Both the position numbers and the translations under genes were made by a program. Under the pieces are notes generated by a model that ran no database searches, was not told the origin of the DNA, and saw nothing but the letters and a program-made list of their open reading frames with translations. Of a DNA stretch of 61,543 nucleotides, positions 14,473 through 26,700 are shown in pieces (the stretch's first letter is position 1; every line of letters begins with the position of its first letter). Origin of the DNA: Rotaria socialis (taxonomy: Eukaryota); the NCBI GenBank assembly GCA_905331295.1, contig CAJNYD010000549.1:124001-185543 (forward strand), written 5' to 3'.

Positions 14473-16132
14473 CTAAAGAATGTATCGCCAAGTAACATGT
14501 TCATCGCCTAAATTACGAATTTCCTTTTCAGACAAGTGCTCGTAGCCCCATCCTCGTCTTTCTTCTTCACTGCCTAGATCAGATGCAATGGGACGTGCTG
14601 CGGTTGTCACACACAATACGGAAGCTGCATTTGCAAGTGTAGCGAATGATGCCACTGTTGCACAAACCCGATCACGTCGTCGATTTTCTGCACGGAGACC
14701 AATTAGGAGGATTACTGCATTAATGACTCCAAATGCACAGAAACCTAAATTGACGGCATGACCAAGAATAAAACGAGGCGCATCTTGTGTACGATACAAT
14801 TGTCCACTGATTACTCCACCGATATTGCCCACTGAGATCATGAATGCCAATGCAGTAGCTTTTTTCACTTGTGGACTAACATTGCCTGATAAAAATGCGA
14901 TACAGGTCGCTATACATGGAGATAGTCCACCAGCAGCAAGAATCACTGCAATATAATTGACAACCAAATTATCAACTGCTATCAACATAGAATAACCAAC
15001 TATGCTGATGGAAAGCCAGAAAATAATGAAAATACTTCGTCGAGCATATTTGTCCGAGATATAGGCCGTGATCATTGTTGTGAAAAAAGCAAATACATAG
15101 GGTGGTGCAGTAAGCAGTTGAGCTTGGTAAGTGACGAAGCCGAGATTATGAATAATGGTTGGCGAGAAAAATGATAGAGAATAGAACGGAACACACATTC
15201 CAATATAGCACATGGACCAAGCATAGATTTTCCATGTTGATAGAGCGGCCAAAACTTGTGGCCAGCTGAAGTGGTCATCAGATCCAGCACCAGTATCAAT
15301 TTTTAATCGAGCAACAACACGCATGCATTGAGCCTCGGTAAGAAATTTCGGTCGATCGGAAGGAAAATCGTTGAGCAGAAAAACAGCTAGTGCTCCAACA
15401 ACTACCGTTGCGATACCTTCAAGATAGAAGATCCAACGCCAACCTTCTTGCCCTCCAATACCAGCCATTCGACTGATACCATAGGCGAGAACGCCACCAA
15501 AAGCACCAGCAAGAGCAGCAGCCGAGAAAAGAATACTAACACGCCATGACAGTTCAGTTCTCCTATACCAACTCGACAGATAAAAGCTAGCACCTAAATA
15601 TAACAGATTATCGACAAATCAGTCATAACTATCTCTCTCTGTCTCTCTCTCTTCTCATACCTGGAAAGAGACCCGATTCAGCACCACCTAAAACTAGACG
15701 ACACACAAGAAGGCCTGTATACGATTGCACTAGACCCATCAGTGTCATTACAATTCCCCATGACACCATGATCATTGGTATCCATCGACTAGGCCGAAGT
15801 CGTTTAAGTATTAGATTTGAAGGAATTTCAAATATGACATAGGTGATAAAGAACACACTTAGACATGTATTGTATTGAGTACTGCTCAGATTTAAGGATA
15901 CTGTAAGACCATCGAGTTTTGCTTGACCAATATTTACTCGATCGAGAAAACTCAAAAGATAAAGTACTGTCATTGTTGGAACCAGGTGCCAGTCTAGTTT
16001 ACGCAAAAGCTTTTCATCTCCAGGATCATCTTCCAGCTCAGCGATGATAACATCACTCACTCCAGGTGTGCTAGGCTCTGTCTTGGCCGACATTGACGGA
16101 CTGTTCTTCTCGCTCGCACCAGGATTGACCAT
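14473..16132 (-). CDS. MFS transporter, fungal anion:cation symporter family (TNA1/Dal5-like), ~530 aa, one intron 15594-15660; probable horizontal acquisition
   Basis: LLRKLDWHLVP, LSFLDRVNIGQAKL, FEIPSNLILKRLRPSRW, ESGLFPG, SWYRR.EL..R, GWRWIFYLEG, AQLLTAPPY, ENRRRD...LGDEH..WRYIL; 472+1121 nt = 531 codons. Confidence 0.9.
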
Positions 16133-16216
16133 AGTATTCGTAGAATATATTTCTGTCTAACTGTAGTCTACTCGGCAAGATCAATTTTACGAATGTGTGC
16201 ATAAAAAAAGACATTT

Positions 16217-16243
<27 letters not shown>
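16217..16243. repeat. (AG)n microsatellite upstream of the MFS gene
   Basis: About 13 AG units seen directly. Confidence 0.9.
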
Positions 16244-16247
<4 letters not shown>

Positions 16248-17528
16248 ACATTACCCAAAAAAACATCTCTGGGCATGCCATTTTTTAAATTTTGTTATCA
16301 AGCTATTTCATCTCGTTAAATGCCGGGACCAAAGCAGCATATCATTGAAGGTGAGTGTATGGTGCACACTGATAGATTCATCTTTATAATATTAAATGCA
16401 GCGGTGCGAAAGCAAACAAAAATTTAATTAAGCCTCCAGCAATACTTTGATCGTAAACAAAGAGAAACGTGCAAGTATTCATTTTTTTTACGAGTGTCTG
16501 AATGTATTCGGACTGTTGCACTGAAATAGATTTACAAGTCATAATTATTAGTGAAAAATGCCTCATCAGAATGGGTCATTTTTTTCACACGTCCAGGTAG
16601 TCAGAAAAAAATACATAATAAGAGGCATAGAGTATTTCCGTTGATTTTATCAGATGCATTGTCCGTTCAAGTATTCGATATATTTCAGTTGATATTACTA
16701 CTGGTTTTTGTTCTTAATTATAAACATCAAGTACACAATTATTCAGTAGAAAACTCCCCAATTCGTTTTCCTAACCCGAAATCAACGATGACACTTTCCT
16801 TTCTGGGTACTTGGCATAATTAAAATAACTCCTTCTCATATACAATCAGCTGTAAATACTTTTATGAAATTTCAATTATTTTTCTAATCCATTAAAAATC
16901 AAAAATGAATCAGCGACATCAAGCAACATTTTTGTCTAGAAATGAGTTAAATTAGAATTCTATAAAAAGAATCTACAATTTTTCATAATAGAACACTCAC
17001 TCAATTTTAATTAGTACAAAACTAAACATGCTTCCTAACAATCAACTTATAATGTAGCTAATTTAGTGTGAATTTAACTCGTCATTCTATTCTCTTTCAA
17101 TAAAGAGAACGTCATTCATTCAGACTAAATGAACTTTTTTACAGTCTCATAAACACTGACATTAGTTTGGCATGTTTTACTGTGATTCTGGACCACGAGC
17201 ATCAGATCCATTGTAAAGACATGCAATAAAAATATATGCAAATAGAATGTAACAGCTTTGAAACGCATAGATTCGAAGAGAAAATTGTGTATGATGAGAA
17301 ATCAGTTTTATACTGTGCCACATGCCATCGATTCTTTGTTCGTGTATGCAGTCAAATCAGAGAAACAAATTTAGCTTTATTTCTAATGATATAAAACTAT
17401 TTATTAAACAAATTTAAGGTTTACATTAATTTATGTACAATTGATCTCAATCACCTGACAATTTAATAATTGTTTTTATTAATAATGAGACAATAGGAAA
17501 AAAACGAAATGACTAGTGAAACCAAGGT

Positions 17529-20500
17529 TCATTTAGCAGATGTAGTCAGTTGTTTGGTTGGTTTTCTTTTCATTACAAGATTAATATACGATTCTAATTC
17601 GCGTAATGTCGATGGTTTAAGTATTTCAAAATCGATTTCCATCTCATCTCGACTTGAATCACGTAATGATGGTTCTCGTTTATATATAATCTATTGTAGG
17701 AAAAAAGAAAGATAGAAGAATAAATTATTATTGAAAAACAAAGATAGATAATTCCATGAACAAACCTCAACAACAGGACCAAGTTTTTCACTTGGTAAAT
17801 TATTAATATCAATACTTAATTGACGTTTTTCATCATAAGTCATTGGTCTCGAATTTTCTTCACTTTGAAGATCGAACATTGTGGAAGCAGAAGCTGCTGC
17901 ATTCTTCTTCGGTGTTCTAAAAAGAAATAAAAAGAATAGAAAAAAAGAATAAAACAAAACTCATTTTCTACTAACCGTTTAACTCCTGTTGCGCCAGGTG
18001 CTGGTCCACGGCGAGCTGGTTCGCCACTTTTATTTGCATTAGACTTGGCTGCGGTATTTTTTGTTGCTTTTGTTGGCTTTGTAGGACTTATCTCTACTGC
18101 ACTATATGGATCCAATGATGTACTATTGAATTGACTAGTACCATTAGAATTTATTGGATTGTTTGATGTAAGTAGACTTGCAAGAGATGTTGCTGCTTTT
18201 TTTGTTGCCGCTGTTGCAGACGAAGGATTACGTGTAGCTGTTGGCGGCATAGGATTCATTGATGTGCCTTGCATTGTATTGAACATATTCGGCGATATTA
18301 ATGATGAGTGCGTCGGTGATAAGCGAGGTAAACGATTCGACTCATTTGCTGTACTTGTCAAAGGTAATGACCCTGAAGTACCATCTTTGGTTCTGTGCCG
18401 TTTTATTTTACGTTTGTGACGAAATGTAAGTCGATCGTTTGTTTGTTGAATTAAAAAAGCTAATGTATTACCAATGACTTTCACCTTGAATGAATCAAAT
18501 TTAGAAATAGAAAACAAAACAAAAGACATTACTTGTTCTTGAAGAGTATATAATTGTTGTAGAGTATTTTCTCGACTATTATCAATTTCATCAGAACTAT
18601 CGTCGCTTGATGCGCCATCATCGGAACTTGTTATTATTGATGATGTATGTCCGCCAGCACTACTATTATGTTTCGATGAATGACGTTTACGTTTACGTGC
18701 TGTTGATGATATTAAACCATTATTACGTATATTCGACAGTGATGGATCAATATCTAAATGTGTTGTCGATGATTCTTCGGGTACTTTTGCAAATTTATCT
18801 TCAAACATTTGCTAAAAGATGTAAATGAAATTGCAAATGGAAAACGAAGGCTTCATTTTATTTGTCAACCATTTTACCTCAACTTTTTTACACATAGCAA
18901 CAACATCTGTTTGTGGTCCATTGTAAAGATAACAATTGCTGAATATAAGACGTACATCGGTAGCGAATTCATCTGCATTAGCATATTCGCGACTTTCAAG
19001 TTTTCTCTTTAAGAATAATAAAACAAAATTAATATGAAAAAAGAAAAACTCGTTTAGATTTTATTCGTACCTTGACTGTACCAAGATCCATTGGTTTTTT
19101 TATAATTAGATAATAATCCGATAGATTCAAATTTTTAACATCGACAGGTTTAGCAAATGGCCAAACGAATGCCTGAGGAGAAACGAAATTTTTTTATTCA
19201 GACGAAGAAAAAATTTGGGTATTTTTGATTTTACCATATTTCTCTTATTTAATAAGTCCTTGACAATGTGTAGACAAAATTTTAACTGTTCTGTCATACG
19301 ATTTTTCGGTCGTTTTGTCGATGGCTAAAAATAGAAATTTATTTTTAATCGAACAAGAATAATAGTTTTACATCATTTGACAAGCCAGTATCATATTTAG
19401 TACGTTTTGGTGCACCAATGGAGCCACCTGTACGTTTGACAATTGAATCATCATCCAAATCATTTTTTCGTTTTAAATTCTTTTTAGTTAAATTTAGAAA
19501 TGAATCTTAGCGAAGAAAAATGTTTATTGAGTAAAACATACTGTTATTGATGGATCAAGATTTGAGAACGATGTTGGATTAAAAGATATCGATGATTGTT
19601 CTCCAGATAATTGTGGAGACATCGATTGACTATTTTGATCAGTATGATTCAAGTTATTGTTCAATGGAGAGAACGGTGATGTTATAGCATTAGAAATGGT
19701 TGTTGATGACGTTAGATTTCGAGATAATACATTAGTAACATTTGCAAGAGAATTATTTACAGTACGTGCCGATGGCGAGGGCGCTAAATTAAATAAATAA
19801 ATTTCAATAAACTAGAATCGATAATAGATTTTTTTAGAGAACGGGAATATACTTTTTACTCTATTTTTTTTCTCCAACTCGAAAATTTAAGATATTAAAA
19901 TTGTGTCAGTCATAATTTTCTATCCTTTAACTTAACCGTCAGTGTTATCAGCACACATGCTAACACAAGATTCTTATCACAAATTTGATTACTATGATAT
20001 CAGCGGAGGAATCAATGAATATTGAGAATTGTTTCTACTATCATTTCATAAACATAGAAAACTTTTCCCTAGAGAATAAAATTGTTACTATCACTATGCT
20101 ATGGATCACTTTAATAATACAATTTTCAATAAATCTCGATTACAACACAAGTACTTCGTAATCTTCATTAAGGACGATAAATAGGATTCAACTTAAAACA
20201 AAACAAATTAAATCTTTTCAACTTACATGGTGAATTAATAGGTTCACTTGCAGTTGATGGTGAAGGAGCAGCAACTGCAAAGTTTCCGTCAGTAATAGTT
20301 TTGGATGCAGATGGTTTCGATGCTTGAGGTACGATTTCGATTTCCTAAAATCAATCACAGCAATTAAAATCAATATTAAAAAATTCATTAAATCTCCTAC
20401 ATCTGACGGCATTTCGGCTAATTTTTCGTAAAATATTTTTTCGAGTGTTGCTCCCATGACTACAACATCCTAAAAAATCATTCTTGTTCGGTTAATTTTT

Positions 20501-20985
20501 TTATTAACAATTTTTATTTTTAGCAGTACTTCGCCTGGTTTGTTATATAAGTAACAATTAGAAAACATCATATTTATGTCAGTAATACATTCTTTAACAC
20601 TATAATAATAATTTGTCTCAAGTCGTTTCTTAACTGTTCCGAGATCCATTGGATATCGAACAATTTTATGATAATTCTATAACGAGAAAAAAAAGGTGTC
20701 TATCGATATTGATGTTCGAAACCGAGCTATAATTATATACCGGTATCTTAAGTTTTATTGGATTAACAGGTTTTTGGAAAGGCCATGAAAACTCATGTTT
20801 CAGTAGAAATTTCAATATGACTTTCGACATATATTGTAATTGATTAGTTTGACGACCACGCTTTGCGGCGGGTACATGTGGTAATTTTAATGGATACGTG
20901 CTTGTCGTCTGTATACGTACAAAGCCAATGGTTAGATTAGAAAAAAACGAACAATGCAAATGATGAATGACAAGCTCACCTTCAT
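17529..20985 (-). CDS. BET-family protein (BD1, BD2, ET domain), short form
   Basis: First exon ATG AAG (20985-20980); BD1 GRQTNQLQY...[11 protein letters not shown]...[11 protein letters not shown]...[17 protein letters not shown]2 [10 protein letters not shown]...[10 protein letters not shown] domain [18 protein letters not shown]...[16 protein letters not shown]; stop at 17529-17531. Confidence 0.92.
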
Positions 20986-21472
20986 AATCAATTTTTTTTA
21001 TGAGAAGAAAATTAACATGAATAAGACGATAAGAACAAATGACAATTGTCCGGCTTTATCTAGAAGAAAATTCCGATTTTTGAGTAATCTTTTTGTATGA
21101 AAGAGAAAGAAAATACTTCGCTGAAAATGTTAAGATGATTCAGCGATAGAGAGAATGAATGACAGGAGTGTGTAAATATGTGATTGAAAGAAAAAAACAA
21201 ATTATTTGAAACAATAAACGACCGCCATGCTGATTCTTTTGTATATTAACCTCCATATGTAAATTGATGGTTAAAAGTGCATTGATGTGTCAGTTCTTGC
21301 GACGTTGTTCTCGTGATCCAAACAAACAACATATTTTCTGTGTTAATTTGATTGAATTATATTATTTAGCGATGACAGATAGATAAATAAGTATTTCATA
21401 TCATCACAACATATTTGAAATATATATATAGATGTATAGATGTCGCATTTAAACAGATATTTTATATATATA

Positions 21473-22518
21473 TGTTGCAGGAGAAATTAAAATTCAGTAG
21501 AATTTAAAATTCTACTAGTAGAAATTAAAATTTTAATTTCTACTAGTATAACTTAAAATCACCAAATTATTTTAATTTCTACTAGTATAGCTTGAAATTT
21601 CCGGTTATTTTAATTTCTCCTAGTAGAGAATTAAATTTTAATTTCTCCTATAGTAGAATTTTAAATTCTACTAGACACTTTTATTATAGAACATATTTTA
21701 ATTTCTCCTATAGTAGAGATTGAAATCCAGGTTTTACATTAATGATTATCTATAACAGCAACATATGATTATTTCTAAATTAGATAACAGTACTAGATAT
21801 AGTTAGATCTATCAAGTATTCAACAACTAGATATTTGAACAAGACTGTTTTTTGGCAGGATGACACCTTGAACCACATTGCACTTCAGCTGCTTTACATG
21901 GGCGCTTTTTTGTAGCATAATTTCCAAGTTATTACCGGATTATTTGATGTTTTTCCATACACAACTTGTAATTCTCCAATAGTCATCAATTTAAAGTGCT
22001 TGAAACCCCAAAATTTAAACTGGGCCTCACCGGAACCATCTTTCAGCACTGACACGATGTCGTTATAAACCACTTTCGTGATAACAAACTTACAGCGAAA
22101 TTTCTCACTTAAATTTTCGATATGTTTATCGATTTTCTCATCGAACAGCTCCATTTTATAAAATATTTTTTGACTTTTTCGATACTGATACGTGTATCTT
22201 AGATAAAACAATTAAATCCTTTTTTTCCTTTATTCTATGTACAAATCATTAATGTAAAAGGTGGATTTCAATCTCTACTATAGGAGAAATTAAAATATGT
22301 TCTATAATAAAAGTGTCTAGTAGAATTTAAAATTCTACTATAGGAGAAATTAAAATTTAATTCTCTACTAGGAGAAATTAAAATAACCGGAAATTTCAAG
22401 CTATACTAGTAGAAATTAAAATAATTTGGTGATTTTAAGTTATACTAGTAGAAATTAAAATTTTAATTTCTACTAGTAGAATTTTAAATTCTACTGAATT
22501 TTAATTTCTCCTGCAACA
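21473..22518 (-). mobile_element. Internally deleted TIR transposon, Ginger2/KRABD2-SCAND3-type integrase lineage
   Basis: 275-bp near-perfect TIRs (21473-21747 and 22244-22518), TGT...ACA termini, 4-bp TATA TSD. Internal minus-strand remnant: N-terminal ORF fragment (FDEKID...FKFW...NPVIT) fused out of frame to a Cys-rich tail (GNYATKKRPCKAAEVQCGSRCHPAKKQSCSNI*). Family assignment is from recalled similarity. Confidence 0.85.
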
Positions 22519-23792
22519 TATACGTTAGATTCCACTGTATGTATCGTATATACAAGTAGTAAGCTTGTTATTTTGACTTTCACGTTTTCTATTTTTCATT
22601 GACAAAAAAACGAGTTCAAAATGAATTTCATGTGGTAATTCAACGGAGTGAGTCTGACACTCAGAAATAGTCTCTCTATCGCTCACAAAAAAACCTTCGG
22701 AGTTATCCTAGCCAGACGTAAAAATTTATCATACTTTCATTGCAATCCACTCTTTTCTGGTCGCTTTATCATCGTAGACAACGCCGATGTTGTATCGGTG
22801 ATTGTAATTGTCATATTTTGTTTTGCGCTGTATTTTACGTGAAGTTAGGAAATGTATTCGTTGAACTGAGAACTCAGCTCATTGATTATGCTTCATGAAT
22901 ACAAAAGAAGGAAATTTTATATTCTTTTTTCATGCAGATTATATAGAAATGTGAATTGCACATATAAACGCGAAGAAATCTGTGACATGCGAACTCTAGT
23001 CACGCATGTCTATTTCAACAAGTCTCTGAGTTTGTTGTGATAGTTTCTTAAGAACAACTATTTATTTACTATGTTGGAATGAGCACACATGCCTGAATTA
23101 TCATAAATCATTTGTGTGACTATAAATTGTACAGCTTACTACCTGATCATCAATGACAATAGTAAATACGCACGAGGAAATAGTACTAGTTTTCAGAACC
23201 TCTGCAAATTTAGAATGTTTTTTTTTCCATTAGAAAAATTATTATTGGTATTCTCATGGATTTTAAAATTCATCTTTTTAAAACAGTAGAGAAGTTCTAG
23301 TTAATTTAATTATATCTATAGTTCTATTCAATGGCAGCAAAAATCAATATAACTACGTGATGATTTGATACGCATTGTTAAACACGTTCGATTCAGTATT
23401 TTAATTGTCAAGCATGAAATTAACTATTTTAACTACATAATTCTAAATGTAATCAGATATAAACTTCTATCATTGACAAACAAATAGAACTTAAATTATT
23501 TTAATGACTTGTTGTTCGAAATACTTCGATTTTAGACTTAGTTTTTATTCATTAACTATTCTGTATATTACCGATATCTATAACACATCGAAAGCACCAT
23601 AGTCACCACAATAATCCTCTCATTGGTATGAAAAGTAAACTAATCAAAAAAATTCAAAACGTTTTTCTCTGTTTTGTTCTTCCTTGTAGCAAAAAAGGTT
23701 CCAAGTTATAAAACAAAAAGTCGCTTTATAAATTCTTGCTCAAATTCATTGAAATTCCATAGAAATCATTATTTTTAGATCCGAATTTAACC

Positions 23793-26700
23793 ATGTTACC
23801 TATTATAAGCGATGAACATCCGTTTAACTCCTACAAATTTCAAGATTCCAATGACTTTGTTATTGTAAATTTTTATGCAAAAGGTGCTATTGAACAAAAA
23901 GATTTCGAGGTTCTTACTGACATTGATTCTCTTGAGGTTTCCACGCCAGGTATAAAAGAAAAAAAGAAAATGAATAACTGAATCTTATCAAAAATATTTC
24001 TGTATAATCATTGTTCTAGCTGGTGAAAAATGGAGTTTTCAATTATATGAACATGTTTACTCTGATAGAACTGAAATGAAAATTGATATAAATGAAACTA
24101 GAACACAAACAACACTAGAATTTCGTTTATATAAACAACAGATACATACAGTATGGCCACAACTTTATAGTCTTCACACAGTTCCAATTACACCTAAAAA
24201 AAATGATCTAAATAAAGATCCAAATGATCGACAAATAAATTCTAATATGGAGCAAGAAGAAGAGCCTATTGAATTGTCTTTAAAGAACATAAAAACTGAA
24301 TTTATGGAAACGAATTTTAATACAGCTGTATTGAGCATTTATGTGAAACAAGTATCTAGATTACAACTACAATTTAATGAAACTAACTTTACGGCTATAT
24401 TTAAATCAGAGTTCGAAACATTCTACGAATTCACGTACAAATTGTTTTTCTATATTTATGTTTTTTAGTGACGAAGAATTTCTGCAACTTCATTCAATAC
24501 CAGCTGAAAGACTAATTAAATTGTTTGTTCGTGTGAAAGAACGTATTAAACCTGATGAATGTTTTTCACGGAATACAGCAATGGTCATCGAAATTAAACT
24601 TGTTAAAGAAAATCAGAATGGCATTAGATGGAATCAATTAGGACCGAATGAATATTCGGACGCTCAGCCAATAACAGGTTCCACATTATTATCATTAGCG
24701 AATTCAGGTGATCTAGCATCTACCCAAGCAGAAAAACTTTTAAGAAAACGCGTTTACACACTCAATCGGGAACCGCGATTGTGAGTCAGTAACGGAACGC
24801 AAGAAACGCTTTTTTACGCGGAATTCTCACTTTCAGAGCGTGAAAACGGGTTAAAACTCCAAAATCTGAACGTTTAAATGCACAGTTATTCAATAACTTA
24901 AAAACTAATTCGTTTAAACGCTCAGAATTGGAGTTTTCACGCTCTGAAAGTGAGAATTCTGCGTAAAAAACGCGTTTCTTGCGTTTCGCTACTGAGCGTT
25001 AATGACTCACAATCGCGATTCCCGATTGAGTGTGTAAACGCGTTTTTCCAAAAGTTTGTCTGCTCGGGTATCAGAAAGGTGACACAAAGCACCTCTGCGG
25101 GTAAATTTTAGTTGAAAGTGAAACGATCGCATTCGTTTTGACTAGAACGAAAATGAAATAATTAGTAAAAAATTCCAGTAATATTGTAAGCTAAAAGAGA
25201 ATTAGATAATATCGAAGTGATAATCTCTAAACATCAACATGAAACGAAAGATAATTCATTGAGACAAAATATCTAAAAAGTCACTTTAAAATTCTAACCG
25301 AAGCATTTTAAACTACTCTGATATACTGATTTTGGACAGATAAATCTCATCCGTGAGAATGCTGTGACTAGCGAGCAAAACATTTGATAATATTAATCAA
25401 CAATTGTTGATCTCGATTTTCACTTATTAGTTGATTTCATGGTCTTACGAATATTTTACAAGATTCAGTCAATTAAACTTCAATTATAATCGAGTATGTC
25501 TGAACGATCGTGAGGTTCATTTATAAAAGAAAAATTGTGCGGCGAATTTTTCCTATACTATTTCTTTTTGTAATAAAAAATCTACCGAGATCAGCACAAG
25601 TACAACGAGCAGATGTTCAGATGCTAAAATATTTACCAATCGACACTATGCACGCTGTATATTTTTCACGAAATACATTTTTGTTGTTTTCAGAGTTTTT
25701 TGGAGCAAGCTCGTACACCAACCGATCGGTAAAACAAATTCTATTTTGATTCTTATATTTGTTTTTGTATTTTAGTCAGAAATACATTCTTCTCGGTCAT
25801 TATTACATTTGAAAGATAATATAAGCCGACCCACTATGTCACTATCACTACCACCGTCAATTGGCTATACGGGTATTTACAATCCTGCCAATTCATGCTT
25901 CATGAATGCTGCTGTTCAATGTTTATCAAATACACGTGAACTACGAGATTATTTTTTACGTGAGTAATTTATCTTTTTTTCGCTTTTTTATGAGATTTAG
26001 ATTATTTTCTCTTTTATGTAAATAGACTCATACCATTCTCTTGAGATAAATCAAGTAAATCCACTTGGTATGAAAGGTGCAATGGCTGAAGAATTCGGTA
26101 AAATAATTCAAGAGCTATGGTGCGGAAACTATAGTTATATAATTGCAAATCAACTACGTGTTCGTCGAATTCGATTGCTTTTCTATAATATATATTTCGA
26201 TCATTTTAGGATTATGCAGCTAAAAGACATCAAGAATTTGTCGGTAATGGACAACATGATGCGCAAGAATTATTAACAATTTTACTGGATGCTATTCATG
26301 AAGTAAGAATTTACACCGGAAATATCGAATTTAAACATTTGTTTTTTTACTCTTTGAGGATCTTAATCGAGTGATTAGTAAACCTCTTGTGCCACCAATA
26401 GAAGATGAAAATCGACCAGACGAGGTAAATATATGTATATATAGCTAAAAAAGAATTGTAATATTTTATCTTATTAATGATAAATTGATTAAGAATAGTA
26501 GCGATCTTCGATGATGCTTAGATTTCACTGCTGGATCTAATTTATAATCATTGTAGAATATTCGTAGAATCCATGTTTTTATATGTAAATAGGTTATTGC
26601 TGATGAATATTGGCGTGGTTATTTAAGTCGTAATGATTCTATTATTGTTCAATTATTTACTGGACAATTTAAATCGAAAACGAAATGTCCACAATGTCAT

